Origin: Rebecca billardiae RCC1528
Taxonomy: Eukaryota > Protista > Haptophyta
Direction of reading: 5' to 3'
Assembly: GCA_965240325.2 (NCBI GenBank)
Contig: OZ251225.1
Location: 3,968,001 to 4,032,000, forward strand
Length of the DNA stretch: 64,000 bases
The notes below the pieces were generated by a model. That model was not told the origin of the DNA. It saw only the letters and a program-made list of their open reading frames with translations, and ran no database searches. The position numbers and the translations under genes were made by a program. Below are positions 22,106-33,164 of this stretch, one piece after another. Position 1 is the stretch's first letter; every line of letters starts with the position of its first letter.

Positions 22106-24556
22106 CTAGGCGACCTCGTGCAGCGCCTTCACGAACGCGTCTGCGGAGCAGTGGCCGTGCGTGAGCGCCATCTCGAGCACGAGCAGCAGCTTCTTGATCG
22201 GGATGCCGTCCGAGGGGAGCGAGGGAGAGGCGGCCTTGATGTCGGCCTCGCTCATCCCGCCCACCTGCCGCATCACCACCGCCGCCTCGTCCGCGTCCAG
22301 GCCGCGCACCTGCGTGGGCGCGCGGCGGCGCGCGCGCGCGGGCCGTGTGACGACGAGTCGCGCGCGCGCCCGCGCGCGCGCGCGCCCGCGCGCGCCCGTG
22401 TGCGCGCGCGTTGGGTCTCACCGGCAGCACGGCGTTGAACGCGTCCAGCAGCTCGAGCTGCTCGAGCACGGCGGCGCTGCTGCTCGTCGCGATCACGAAG
22501 AGCTTGCTGCTCGCCGAGCCCGCGCGGCGCACGCACACCAGCAGCGTCTGCAGCACCGTGTTCGAGAAGCGCGGCCCGATGCGCACCCACTCGAGCAGCC
22601 GCTCCACGTCGTCGAGCACGACGCACGAGAGCGGCGAGCGGAGCGCGTCGTCAAACACCTTGCCGATGGCGAGCGCCTTGGCGCCCTCGGACATGCCCAC
22701 GTACCGGTCGGGTGAGACCAGCTTGACAAACGGCCACTCCGAGCGCAGCGCGAGGTGAGCGGCCAGCGCGGTCTTGCCCGCGCCGCGCGGGCCCTCGAGC
22801 AGCAGCGCCATGCGCGTCACGCGCGCCGAGCCCTGCGCGCGCACAGGGGCGCACACACGCGCACGCGCGCACGCGCACACGCGCACACACGGCAGGGAGG
22901 CCGCGAGGGAATCAGCGAAGGGGCGTGGCGTGTGCTGAGCGCCGCGGCGCGCGGCGGCACTGCGCGCGGCGGCGCGCGGCGGCACCGCGCGCGCGCCTTG
23001 AGCTGCGTCATGAACGTCTCGGCGGTGGAGAGCAGGTGCGAGAGCGCGGGCCCGTGCTGCACCACACCGCCAGACACGAGCGCGCCGAGGTCGTCGCCCG
23101 CCACGCCGTACGCGGGCTTGACCTCGGTGAGCGCTCGCTCAAAGTCGGCTGCGGAGATGGTGAGGTTGTCGAGCGAGACGTCCTTCAGGTTGTCCACGTG
23201 CACCTGCCGATTGAACGCGTACGACGTCGCGCTCTTCACCAGCCCCTCCAGCTCGGCGCCCGAGAAGTTGCGCGTGCGCGCCGCGAGCGCGCCGAGCTCG
23301 ACGTCGGGCGCGAGGTAGCCGCCCTGCGCCATCGACGCGGTCTTGATCTTGAGGATCTGCGCGCGGCCCGCCTCGTCGGGGAGGTGGATCTCGATCTGCA
23401 CCTCGAGCCGCCCCGGGCGCAGCAGCGCCTCGTCGATCATGTCCTTCCGGTTCGTCATGCCGATCAGCAGGATGTTGTTGAGCGAGTTGACGCCGTCGAT
23501 CTTGGAGAGCAGCTGGTTGACGACCGTGTCGTGCACGCCCGTCGAGTCGGAGCGCGAGCCGCGCGCCTTGCAGATCGCGTCGATCTCGTCGAAGATGACG
23601 ATGTGCAGCTCGGACTCGTCGCCGCGCTCCGCCTGCTCCGCCTCCGCGTCGGCGAACAGCTTGCGCACGTTCTCCTCCGACTGCCCCACGTACTTGCTCA
23701 GCACCTCGGGCCCGTTCACCACCTTGGGCTCGCGCCCGTTGAGCATCTTGCCGATCTGCCGCGCCATCAGCGTCTTGCCCGTGCCGGGCGGGCCGTAGAG
23801 CAGCATGCCCTTGACGTGCGTCACGCCGAGCTTCTGGAGCACCGCCGGCGGGAAGATGCGCGAGGCGAACGCGCGGCGGAAGATGTCCGAGAACTCGGCG
23901 TCGAGCCCGCCGATCCCCATCTGCTCAAAGTTGAAGTCGGAGCGGATGATCTGCGTCGCGCCCTGCCGCGACGCGTCCATGCCGACGAGGGAGAGCGGCG
24001 CGCCCGAGGCCTTGGCGAGCGAGATGAAGGCCTGCGCGTTGAGCATCCCCTGCCGCGCCTCCGCGCCCGCCGCGCCCGGCTGCGTCAGCTCGGCGAACGC
24101 GGCGGTGCTGAGCGTCGCAACGGTGAGCAGCAGGTTGGCGCCCTGGAAGTCGACCGCGAGCGACTGGCCGAGCGTGAAGATCTGGTGGGCGTACCGCTTG
24201 AGCACCGCCTCGACGAGCTGGCCGCCCTCCACCTGCGCCACCCCGCGCACCGTCGCCTTGCGCACGAAGTCCACCTCGAACGTCACGCGGCAGATCGCGT
24301 ACCCGTCCTCGGGCAGCGCGTGCGCGCGCGCCTCCAGCTCGTCGCCGACCGACGCGGCGAGGATGCGGCGCTGCACCGAGTTGAGCGCGAGCGCGCCGTC
24401 GGCCACCTGGGCCGAGGGCTGCGCCGTGTACACGTACCCCTTCACCTCGAGGTACTTGGGCTCGCCCGGCAGCCGCTCGTACGCGGCGGGCGAGACAAAC
24501 ACGCAGTTGGTGAGCGCGAGGTCCTGGCTCGGGCAGTTGGCGCACTTGAGCAGCAT
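22106..24556 (-). CDS. NSF: Vesicle-fusing ATPase NSF/Sec18; exons 24556-22997, 22832-22422, 22309-22106 (~724 aa)
   Basis: N domain CPSQDLALTN; MGIGGLDAEFSDIFRRAFASR; GPPGTGKT; IFDEIDAICK; GMTNRKD; RPGRLEV; D2 LLEGPRGAGKT and IGPRFSN. Introns: GC-AG 22833-22996 and GT-AG 22310-22421. Confidence 0.97.
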
Positions 24557-25101
24557 GGCGGCCCGGCCGACGCGCGCTCGGGCTCGACGCGCGCGTGCAC
24601 GCCCGACGTGCGCGCGCTCGGGGGTGCGACGGGGCGAACGGCCGTGGCGCGCGCGGCGTGCGTGCGCGGGCGTCTCACAGCGTCGTCGTGCTGCGATCTG
24701 CTGATTGATGGCGGCGGCTGGCGGCGGCGCCGAGGCGGGTGCATCCGGGCGATGCATCATGCATCCGGTCTCTGCGCGAAAAGACGAGCTGGAGTGGACA
24801 AGACAGTCGTCGTCGAATTTTACGCCGCCCGGCAGGCGGCAATCCAGTGGCAGCAGACCGAGTCGCGCTCTGCCCAGGCAAGAGCTCTTCTGAGGCGCGG
24901 GTTCACAGCGCGCGACGCCACTTCCGACTTCGGGTCGCCGAGTGTCGCATACAGTGTGTGCGCGCGGCGTGCCAGCAGAGGCTTCAGCAGACGAGTGACA
25001 TGCAGTCACACAGGCCTTCACTCAGTCTCACTCTCAGATGCTGACGACAAGATTGGCGCACTCGGAGAATTGGAGGGCTGGAGGCGCTGCACAGTGGCGG
25101 C

Positions 25102-26298
25102 TCACTTTGTCGACTTGGCGGCGCCGGGCGGCGGCTTGGTGTACGCCTTCTCCGCGGCGTAGCTCGGGTCGTCGAGCAGCCGCTCCAGCTCGCCCAGGTC
25201 CTTCTCCCCCGGGTACAGCTTGCCGCCGATCTCCCACGTCGGGTAGCCCGGCACGCCGCGCGCGCGGCACTCGTCCGCGCGCGAGTCTGCGCCGTCGCGC
25301 GCGCACTCGACGTACTGCAGGGAGGAGAACGCCTGCCGGCCGAGCGTCTCCTTCTGCTCGTAGCAGTGCGAGCACCAGTACGCGCCGTACATGCGCGCGC
25401 CGGCCTCGCGCAGCCGCTTGCCCAGCGCGAGCGCGCGCGCGCCGCTCGGCTGCTCGATCTCGGGCGGCAGATAGAGCGTGGGCCCGGCCGAGGCCTCCGC
25501 GCCCGAGTCCTCTGCGCCCGCGCTCGCGACCAGAGAGGGCGGCGCCGCGCCGCCGCCGTCCGCGCCGGGCGGGGCGGCGGCGAAGAGCGCGGCGGCGAGC
25601 GAGACGCTGAGCGCCGCGCCGCACGCGGCGATCCGCGCCGCCTGCGCGCGCTCGCGCACCAGCCGCGCGTTCCACACGAGCGCGCCGTTGACGAGGCAGA
25701 GCGTGGCCGAGCCGATGCAGTACGGGCACGGCTCGTGCAGCGCGAGCGCGAGGAGGGCGAGGAGGCAGAGGCTGAACGCGGCGCACGCGGCGGTGCCGAG
25801 CTGGAGGAGCGCGCGCGAGCCGCCCTCGAGCCGCGCCTGCGCCGCCTCGCCCACCGCGCCGCGCGTCGCGAGCGGCGCGAGCGCGGCGAGGCCGAGCGTC
25901 GCGTACGCGGCGCAGCCGAGCGCCGAGAGCGGCACCGCGCCCACGGAGGCGTACGGCGAGGAGAGGACGGAGGAGCACGCGGAGCCCGCGGTGCAGAAGG
26001 CCGGGGCCGCCGAGCCCGACAGCTTCACCGCCGTCAGGTAGCCCGAGAGCCCGACCCCCGCGAGCGAGACGGCGCCGCTCGCGAGGCGCGCCGCGTCGTC
26101 GTCGCCCGAGCCGCCGCCGTCCGCGCCGGGCGGCGGGGCGGCGGCGCGCGCGGCCGCGCGCGCGCGCGAGGCGAGTGGCCGGGGTAGCGCGTGCTGCCCG
26201 CGCGCGCCGCGCCTGGCGACCGCCAACCGGCCGCCCGCCGCCGCCGCCGGGTGGGCCGCGAGCAGCGCGAGCGCGACCACGGCGAAGCGCCACGCCAT
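25102..26298 (-). CDS. LTO1: Plastid VKOR-thioredoxin fusion thiol oxidoreductase (LTO1/DsbAB-like)
   Basis: Signal plus transit leader; VKOR C..C-SSVLSSPYA, PLSALG and CPYC; thioredoxin-like MYGAYWCSHCYEQK, YVEC and GYPTWEI. Confidence 0.93.
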   Translation of the reverse strand: MAWRFAVVALALLAAHPAAAAGGRLAVARRGARGQHALPRPLASRARAAARAAAPPPGADGGGSGDDDAARLASGAVSLAGVGLSGYLTAVKLSGSAAPAFCTAGSACSSVLSSPYASVGAVPLSALGCAAYATLGLAALAPLATRGAVGEAAQARLEGGSRALLQLGTAACAAFSLCLLALLALALHEPCPYCIGSATLCLVNGALVWNARLVRERAQAARIAACGAALSVSLAAALFAAAPPGADGGGAAPPSLVASAGAEDSGAEASAGPTLYLPPEIEQPSGARALALGKRLREAGARMYGAYWCSHCYEQKETLGRQAFSSLQYVECARDGADSRADECRARGVPGYPTWEIGGKLYPGEKDLGELERLLDDPSYAAEKAYTKPPPGAAKSTK

Positions 26299-26471
26299 CG
26301 CTTGCCGCGTTGTCGCGTCCGGGCGCGACTCGTTGATCAGCCGGACCCGCGCGCGGCTGGGTGGGCGCGGCTGAGGAGGCTGCTCCGCTCCGGCTGGGCG
26401 CGCACAACGGGCTTCGCCGAGTTCGCGCGCGCACGCGCCACCCGTTCCACGAAGGGCGATTAGTGTAAACC

Positions 26472-26529
26472 GGTCCGGGAGCTGATTGGGTCGAATCTAG
26501 CCAGATTCGACCCAATCAGCTCCCGGACC
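26472..26529. promoter_or_regulatory. Perfect 27-bp-stem hairpin containing two opposed CCAAT boxes
   Basis: GGTCCGGGAGCTGATTGGGTCGAATCT-AGCC-AGATTCGACCCAATCAGCTCCCGGACC, ~170 bp upstream of the LTO1 ATG. The hairpin is certain; a regulatory role is inferred. Confidence 0.6.
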
Positions 26530-26633
26530 ACAGTGGGCGCACGCGGGGCCGCGGCCGTTGAGAAGGGGCGGGGGCGGGCGGGGACGTCGACGTCGCGGCG
26601 ATCCCCACGCTCAGCTGTCGATGAGTTGCTGTT

Positions 26634-27630
26634 GGCGCTGCGCGCCGCGCTCGCGGGGTGGCTCGGACACATGCGCGCCTTTGAGCGCCCGGCGACCGCG
26701 CGCGCATCGGCTTCCTCCGCCTGCAAGTCGCCCGCGACCGCGGCCGCCGCCCGCTTCGAGTGGGCCTGCAGTGGGTTGACTGCGCCCGAGTCTGCTCGCC
26801 GCCGAGCGCGGGGATGAGTTGAGCGCGGCGCGAGGCGGCGATCGCGATCGGGCGATCGCATGTGCCCATCTGCGCCCCCTTCGCCACGGCGCGACCGCTT
26901 CAGCATGCGTATGTGACCCCACTTGTCCGGGATGTCGGGAGCGGGCGAACATTGTCGGCCACCGTGTCCGCGCGCGCCGCGCGCGCGCAGGGCTCGTTCG
27001 GATCGGAGGTCACTCCGTGGCGTCTCGTGATGTCTTCCCCGCGCAAGCTGATGGGCACGGTTGGTCCGCATCTGCCGTCATGTGACGTCTACTGATGCCG
27101 TGTACACCATTGTGACAGAACTCGCTAAGCAAGTTCTTCTCACCAGAAAGTTGTCGTCAGCATTGACGCACGTTGCAAGCTGGCAGAGCAGTGGATGGCA
27201 TGACCTAGGTGGCCCATGCGGGGCAACACATGACCATCGGCATGCCCTGATGCCGTTTGTGACGTGTTTCCGATCCGAACGAGCCCTGCGCGCGCGCGGC
27301 GCGCGCGGACACGGTGGCCGACAATGTTCGCCCGCTCCCGACATCCCGGACAAGTGGGGTCACATACGCATGCTGAAGCGGTCGCGCCGTGGCGAAGGGG
27401 GCGCAGATGGGCACATGCGATCGCCCGATCGCGATCGCCGCCTCGCGCCGCGCTCAACTCATCCCCGCGCTCGGCGGCGAGCAGACTCGGGCGCAGTCAA
27501 CCCACTTGAAGCGGGCGGCGGCCGCGGTCGCGGGCGACTTGCAGGCGGAGGAAGCCGATGCGCGCGCGGTCGCCGGGCGCTCAAAGGCGCGCGTGGGTCC
27601 GAGCCATCCCGCCCGCGCGGCGCGCGCCGC
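26634..27630. repeat. ~370-bp inverted repeat with ~260-bp spacer between divergent LTO1 and XRN
   Basis: Arms ~26634-27007 and ~27269-27630. The inner parts are near-identical and the outer parts diverge. Confidence 0.9.
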
Positions 27631-27846
27631 CCAAGTCACGCTTCTCTCGGTCGCACGTCGGCCACGCGCCACCTGTTCGCCATCCTGCCGCCACCAGGTG
27701 GGCAGCCGTGGTGCGGGGCCGCCTGGCTGCCCTGGCGAGCGGCGGAACAACACCCCGTGGAACGGGTGGGCGCCCCGAAGCGACTTGGGTGTGGCGCAAA
27801 GCGCGCCGCCGCCGACCGCCGCCGACAGCAGCGCCGCGCGCTCGCG

Positions 27847-30800
27847 ATGGGTGTGCCCGGCCTCTTCCCGTGGCTCGTGCGCCGGTACGGCGCGGAGATC
27901 GTGCTCGACGGCGACGTGTGGACGCACGCGCACCCGTCCGGCTGCGACCACCTGTACGTCGACCTCAACCACATCGTGCACGGCTGCTGCCACCCTGAGT
28001 GGCCGACGCCCGCGCCGCGGGACGAGGCGGAGATGTTCGCGGCGATCCGCGAGGCGCTGGTCCACCTGGTGCACTTCGCGCGTCCGCGCACGCTCCTCTT
28101 CGTCGCGCTCGACGGCGTCGCGCCGCGCGCCAAGATCAACCAGCAGCGGCGGCGGCGCTTCCTGTCGGCGCGCGCGGCCGGGCAGCGGCGCGAGGCGGCG
28201 GCGCGCGCGCACGCGGAGATGGCGGCGCTGCTGGGCGACCGGCGCGAGAACCTCCCGCCGGTGGAGCAGTGCGACCCGTCGTGGGACTCGAACGTCATCA
28301 CGCCGGGCACGCCCTTCATGGCGCGGCTCGCCGCGGCGGTGCGCGCGACGCTCGAGGAGCAGCTGCAGAGCGACGCCCGTTGGCAGCAGCTGCAGATCGT
28401 GTTCAGCAGCTGGGACGAGCCGGGCGAGGGCGAGCACAAGATCATGCGCTTCGTGCGCCAGCAGCGCGCCCTCGCCTCCGCGCACGGCGGCCGCGTGCAC
28501 CACGCCATCTTCGGCCAGGACGCGGACCTGCTGCTGCTCGCCCTCGGCTCGCACGAGCCGCACTTCTCGATCGTGCGCGAGCGGCGGGGCGGGGGCGGGG
28601 AGGGCGGCGGGCCGGAGGACGCGCTGGCGGAGGGGCTGGACGACGGCTGCCTCTACGCGTCGGTCGTCGAGGCCGCGCGCGCGACCGCCTTCGAGGTCGT
28701 CTCCGTCGGCGCGCTGCGGCTGGCCATCGAGCGCGTCGAGCTCGGCGCCGAGCTGCCGCCCGAGCACGCGGCCGCGGCGGCCGCGCTGTACGGCGGGCGC
28801 GCGCTCTCGCAGGTGGGCGACGAGGAGGCGGCGGCGGCGGCGGCGAAGCTGGGCGGCGCGCGCGGCGCGGCCGGCTCGGGCGAGTCCGCCGAGCTCGAGG
28901 CGCTGATCGACGACCTGCTCGTGCTCGCGTGCGTGTGCGGCAACGACTTCCTGCCCGCGGTGCCGTCGCTGCTCGTGCACGAGGACGGGCTGGGGCTCGC
29001 GCTCGGCGCGTACCACGCGGTGCGCAAGGCGAAGGGGAAGGGGGCGCGGCTGGTGCGCGACGGCGAGCTGCAGCTGCCGCCGCTCTGGGCCGTGCTCACC
29101 GCGCTCGCGAGCGGCGAGGGCGCGCGGCTCGCGCGCTCGGTCGAGCGAGACGCGCGCCGGCTGCGGCGCGAGGCGGCGCTCGCCGCCGCCGCGCGCTCGG
29201 CGAGCTCGCGGCGCGGGCGCTCGTGGCTCACGTCGGCGCACCTGGGCGCGGGCGAGTGGATCTCGCTGGGCGAGCTGGGCGACGACGCCGACGTCGACGA
29301 CGCGCTCGCGCACGCGTACGGCGACGGCGCGGACGGGGGCGAGGACGAGGCGGCGAGCGCGGCGCGGCTGCGCGCGTGCAGCCCGCGCCAGCTGATGGCC
29401 GAGTGCCGCCGCCGCGCGTACGCGGCGGCGAAGGCGGCGGAGCTGCTGCCGCCCGGCGCGGCGGGCGCGGGCGGCGTCGCCTTCGACCGCCCCGGCTGGG
29501 CCGAGGCGTGGTACGCCGCCAAGTTCGCCGACGAGCTGCGCGGCGCGCCCAAGTACGTGCGCGCGGCGCAGGGCGGCGGGCCGGGCGCGGCGCTCGAGGC
29601 GCTGCGCTCGGACGTGGTGTGGGAGTGGGCGCACACGGTGCAGTGGGTGCTGTCGTACTACACGGCGGGGCCGCTCTCCGCCGGGCCGGTCGGCGGCGAC
29701 GCCTTCGCCGCGTGCGCGCAGGCCGCCTCCGACGGCGGCGCGCACGCGGCGACCGCCAGCGCCGTGTGGGACGACTACTACGGCCACCACTACGCGCCCT
29801 TCTGCGCAGACTTCAGCAGGGTGGCGGCGCCGGCGGGGGCGGGCGGGGTGCGCGCGCTGTGGGAGGCGCAGCGCGCGGCGCGTGGCCTCGCGCCGCGCGC
29901 CGCCGCGCAGCCGCCCACCCCGCTCGAGCAGCTGCTTCTCGTGATGCCGCCGCCGTCGTTTGAGGCCGCGCTGCCGCCGCCCGCGCAGGCGCTGCTCGCG
30001 TCCAAGCGCGCGCACCTCTACTTCCCGCAGCCCGAGGGCGCGGGGCTGGGCGCGCTGATCGACGTGGCGCTGCCGGGCGTGCGGTACGCGTGGCAGGCCA
30101 CCGTCCGCCTCCCCGCGCTCCCGCTCGCGCACGTCGCGCGCTTCGCCGCCGAGTCGGTCGTGCCGTACGTGGGCGCGGCCGAGCGCGCGCGGCTGCTCGC
30201 GCGCGCGCCCGCGCTGCTGCACGTGCACGCGGCGCACGCGGACTACGCGCTGCTGCGCGCGGCGAAGGCGGCGACGGACCAGGCGGCGCAGATGCGCTCG
30301 GGCGCGCGCGCGCTCGACCCGCGCGCCCTCGCCGAGCTCAACCTCAACCGGCAGCGCTGCCAGGCGGCCATGCCGGCGCTCGCGCTCTGGGGCGGCGCGG
30401 CCGGCGGCGGCGGCGCGGGCGCGGGGCAGGGGCCGCTCGACGTGCGCTGGTCGGAGGACATCCGCGCGTTCGGCGTGCCGCTGGACATCGCGGACCCGGC
30501 GGGCGTGCACGCGGGCTCGCACCCCACGCGCCCCGCCGTGCTGCCCGGCTCGACGCCGCCCGCGCTGCAGCCCGCTGTGCGCGCGGCCAAGGTGCGGGCG
30601 CGCGCGCGCGGCGCGCACAAGGGGGCGGCGGCGGCGCAGCCGCAGCAGCCGCAGCAGCCGCAGCAGCCGCAGCAGCCGCAGCAGCAACAGCAGCAACAGC
30701 AGCCGCCCGCCGGCGGCGCGGCGTCGGGCCCCGCCCCGCTGCCGCCGCACTGGCGCGAGGCCGTGACCTCTCTGAAGGGCGTGGCTCGCACCTACTACTG

Positions 30801-32919
30801 GAACACCCACACCAAGGAGCGAACGTGGGTGCGGCCGGCGCCGCAGGGGGGGCAGGGGCAGGGAGGGCACGCGGCGTCCCCCGCACGGGCGGCGGCGGCG
30901 GAGGAGGGCGCCGCGGCCTCGCCGGCGCGCACCGCCGCCGTGACCCACACCGTCGCCGCCGCCGCGGCCGCGGCCGTGCCCGCGGCGGCGGCCGCGGCCG
31001 TGGCGGCGGCCGCGGCCGCGCCCGCCGCGGCCGAGCCCGCGGCCGCGGCCGCGGCCAAGCCAGCGGCGGCCGGCGCGAGCACGGGCGGCGGCGGCGGCGC
31101 GGCGCCCGAGCCGAGCGCGGACGAGCGCCCGCTGCCCCCCGGCTGGGCGCGCGCGTACGCCCCGCAGCCCCCCGGCGCCGAGCCTGCCGTGGGCCGCGTG
31201 TACTACTACCACACGGCCTCGGGCAGGACGCAGTGGACGCACCCGGCCGCACCGACGGCGCACCCGCCGCACCCGCCCAGGGCGGCGGCGGCGGAGGCGG
31301 CGGCGGCGCCGCTCTCGGCGGACGAGGAGGAGGCGCAGCTGCAGGCGGCGCTCGACGCGTCGCTCGGCGAGCTCGGCGGCCGGCTGCCGCCCGAGCACGC
31401 GGCGCGCGCGAGCGGCGCGGCGCAGGCGGCTGCGGCGCGCGCGCACGCGGCCGCGCGTCTGCCCGCGCTGCGGACGCAGCTGCAGGAGGCGATGGCGGCG
31501 GCCGACGAGGAGGGCGCGCTCAGCCTCGCGCTGCAGCTCTCCGAGCTCGAGGCCGCGGCGGAGGGCCGCGCGCCCGCGCCCTCGCTGCCGCCGCAGCAGC
31601 CGCAGCAGCCCGCCGCCGCCGCCGGCGGCGGAGGCGCGGCCGACTCCGAGGGCGCACGGCTGCGGTGCGCGCTCGAGCGCGCGGCCGGGCTGGCGGCCAT
31701 GCTGGGCGTGGGCGAGGAGGCGTGCGTGGACGCGCTGCTGGCGCACGGGCTGGACGAGGCGGCCGCGCTCGAGGCGCTGCTCTCCGAGAAGGCCGCGCGC
31801 GAGGCGTCCGAGCAGCTCGACGCCGCCCTCGCCGCCACCCAGCTCGACGCGGACAGCAGCGTGGACGCCGAGACCTCTGAGATCCTCGCGCGCCTCTCAC
31901 AGGGGCAGGAGCCCGCGGAGACGGGCGCGCACCCCAAGCAGAGGCCCAAGATCAAGCGCTCGGCCAACGCGAACGCGCCCGGGTACGACAAGGACCTTTT
32001 GCGCCCCGACAAGCCGGGCTCGTGGCGCGCCGCCGAGAGCGGCGCGGTCAACGTGTTCGTGCATGGCGCGGCCGCGCACACGGAGGACACGGCCACCCTC
32101 TTCCGGCCCAAGGCCGAGCTCAAGGCGGCAAAGGCGGCCGCGCGGCAGCGCAGGCTGGAGGGGCGGAGGCGCGCGAGGCACGCCGCCGCCGACGCGGCCG
32201 CCGCGGCGGGCGCGCCCTCCGCCGACGTCGACCGCCTCCGCGCCGACGGCGGCGGGGGCGCGGACGACTCGTCCAGCTCCGCGGACGAGGCGGAGGCTGC
32301 GGGCGCGCCCAGCCCGCGCCCGCGCGCGAGCGCGGAGCCGGCCGCACCGCCTGCGGCACAGCCGCGCGCGCGCGGCGCCGACGCGCGCGCGGGCGCGGGC
32401 GCGGGCGCACGCGGCGGCGGCGGCGGCGCGCGCGCCGAGCCCGCCGCGGGCAGCCTCTCCGCCGCGGCGCCCCGCTCGCGCCGGCTGGAGGAGGCGCAGC
32501 TGCGGCTGGTGCTCGCGCAGAGCACGGTCGAGACGGAGGCGCCCGACGTGATCGCGGCGCTCGAGGCGAGCGAGGCGGAGGCGGCGGTGGAGGAGGCGGA
32601 GCGCGAGGCGGCGCTCGCGGCGCTGCCGGACGAGTACCGCGCGCACCTGCTGCCCGCGCAGCCCGAGCCCGAGCTCGCGGGCGCGGACGCGCCCGCGGAC
32701 GCGCCCGCGGGCGCGGGCGCGGACGCGGGCGCGGATGCGGACGCGGATGCGGACGCGGATGCGGACGCGGACGCGGGCGCGGGCGCGGATGCGGATGCGG
32801 ATGCGGGCGCGGCGGAGCACGCGGAGGCGGAGAGCGGCGGGGAGGAGGAGGGCAGCAGCGCCGGTGCGCACTCGGACGCCGAGGCGCCACCCGCTGCCGA
32901 CGCCGAGCCCGGCGCGTGA
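27847..32919 (+). CDS. XRN-family 5'-3' exoribonuclease with C-terminal 2xWW, UIMs and UBA-like domain (~1690 aa)
   Basis: MGVPGLFPWL start; YVDLNHIVH, DGVAPRAKINQQRRRRF, DSNVITPGTPFM, PGEGEHKI, GQDADL and GNDFLP. WW at ~30739-30840 and ~31132-31245; UIM-like DEEEAQLQAALDASL. Confidence 0.92.
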   Translation: MGVPGLFPWLVRRYGAEIVLDGDVWTHAHPSGCDHLYVDLNHIVHGCCHPEWPTPAPRDEAEMFAAIREALVHLVHFARPRTLLFVALDGVAPRAKINQQRRRRFLSARAAGQRREAAARAHAEMAALLGDRRENLPPVEQCDPSWDSNVITPGTPFMARLAAAVRATLEEQLQSDARWQQLQIVFSSWDEPGEGEHKIMRFVRQQRALASAHGGRVHHAIFGQDADLLLLALGSHEPHFSIVRERRGGGGEGGGPEDALAEGLDDGCLYASVVEAARATAFEVVSVGALRLAIERVELGAELPPEHAAAAAALYGGRALSQVGDEEAAAAAAKLGGARGAAGSGESAELEALIDDLLVLACVCGNDFLPAVPSLLVHEDGLGLALGAYHAVRKAKGKGARLVRDGELQLPPLWAVLTALASGEGARLARSVERDARRLRREAALAAAARSASSRRGRSWLTSAHLGAGEWISLGELGDDADVDDALAHAYGDGADGGEDEAASAARLRACSPRQLMAECRRRAYAAAKAAELLPPGAAGAGGVAFDRPGWAEAWYAAKFADELRGAPKYVRAAQGGGPGAALEALRSDVVWEWAHTVQWVLSYYTAGPLSAGPVGGDAFAACAQAASDGGAHAATASAVWDDYYGHHYAPFCADFSRVAAPAGAGGVRALWEAQRAARGLAPRAAAQPPTPLEQLLLVMPPPSFEAALPPPAQALLASKRAHLYFPQPEGAGLGALIDVALPGVRYAWQATVRLPALPLAHVARFAAESVVPYVGAAERARLLARAPALLHVHAAHADYALLRAAKAATDQAAQMRSGARALDPRALAELNLNRQRCQAAMPALALWGGAAGGGGAGAGQGPLDVRWSEDIRAFGVPLDIADPAGVHAGSHPTRPAVLPGSTPPALQPAVRAAKVRARARGAHKGAAAAQPQQPQQPQQPQQPQQQQQQQQPPAGGAASGPAPLPPHWREAVTSLKGVARTYYWNTHTKERTWVRPAPQGGQGQGGHAASPARAAAAEEGAAASPARTAAVTHTVAAAAAAAVPAAAAAAVAAAAAAPAAAEPAAAAAAKPAAAGASTGGGGGAAPEPSADERPLPPGWARAYAPQPPGAEPAVGRVYYYHTASGRTQWTHPAAPTAHPPHPPRAAAAEAAAAPLSADEEEAQLQAALDASLGELGGRLPPEHAARASGAAQAAAARAHAAARLPALRTQLQEAMAAADEEGALSLALQLSELEAAAEGRAPAPSLPPQQPQQPAAAAGGGGAADSEGARLRCALERAAGLAAMLGVGEEACVDALLAHGLDEAAALEALLSEKAAREASEQLDAALAATQLDADSSVDAETSEILARLSQGQEPAETGAHPKQRPKIKRSANANAPGYDKDLLRPDKPGSWRAAESGAVNVFVHGAAAHTEDTATLFRPKAELKAAKAAARQRRLEGRRRARHAAADAAAAAGAPSADVDRLRADGGGGADDSSSSADEAEAAGAPSPRPRASAEPAAPPAAQPRARGADARAGAGAGARGGGGGARAEPAAGSLSAAAPRSRRLEEAQLRLVLAQSTVETEAPDVIAALEASEAEAAVEEAEREAALAALPDEYRAHLLPAQPEPELAGADAPADAPAGAGADAGADADADADADADADAGAGADADADAGAAEHAEAESGGEEEGSSAGAHSDAEAPPAADAEPGA

Positions 32920-33164
32920 TGCCAGTCTCGGTCTGAGGCGCGCCCTCCCCGGCGGCGCTTGTCGTGCGTCGTGCCATCAGCCTCAGGTTCAAGGTCGGCC
33001 ATCAGCCATCAGGTCGTCAGCGTCACCAGCGTGTGCATCGGCGCGCGGCGGCTGGCGAGGGCAGGCTGGGCAGCAGCAGCAGCGCAACGATACGGCATAT
33101 ATATAATTCTACTGCATGGCACCCGAACCGGACTTTCACTACTACCACTCTGCTGATTATATAT

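Noticed and set aside
27061-27846. N-terminal extension of the XRN ORF
   Set aside because: It starts at TTG inside the inverted repeat, whereas XRN proteins begin at MGVP (27847). The NSF extension 24557-25021 and the PsaD-like extension 990-1655 were dropped for similar reasons.
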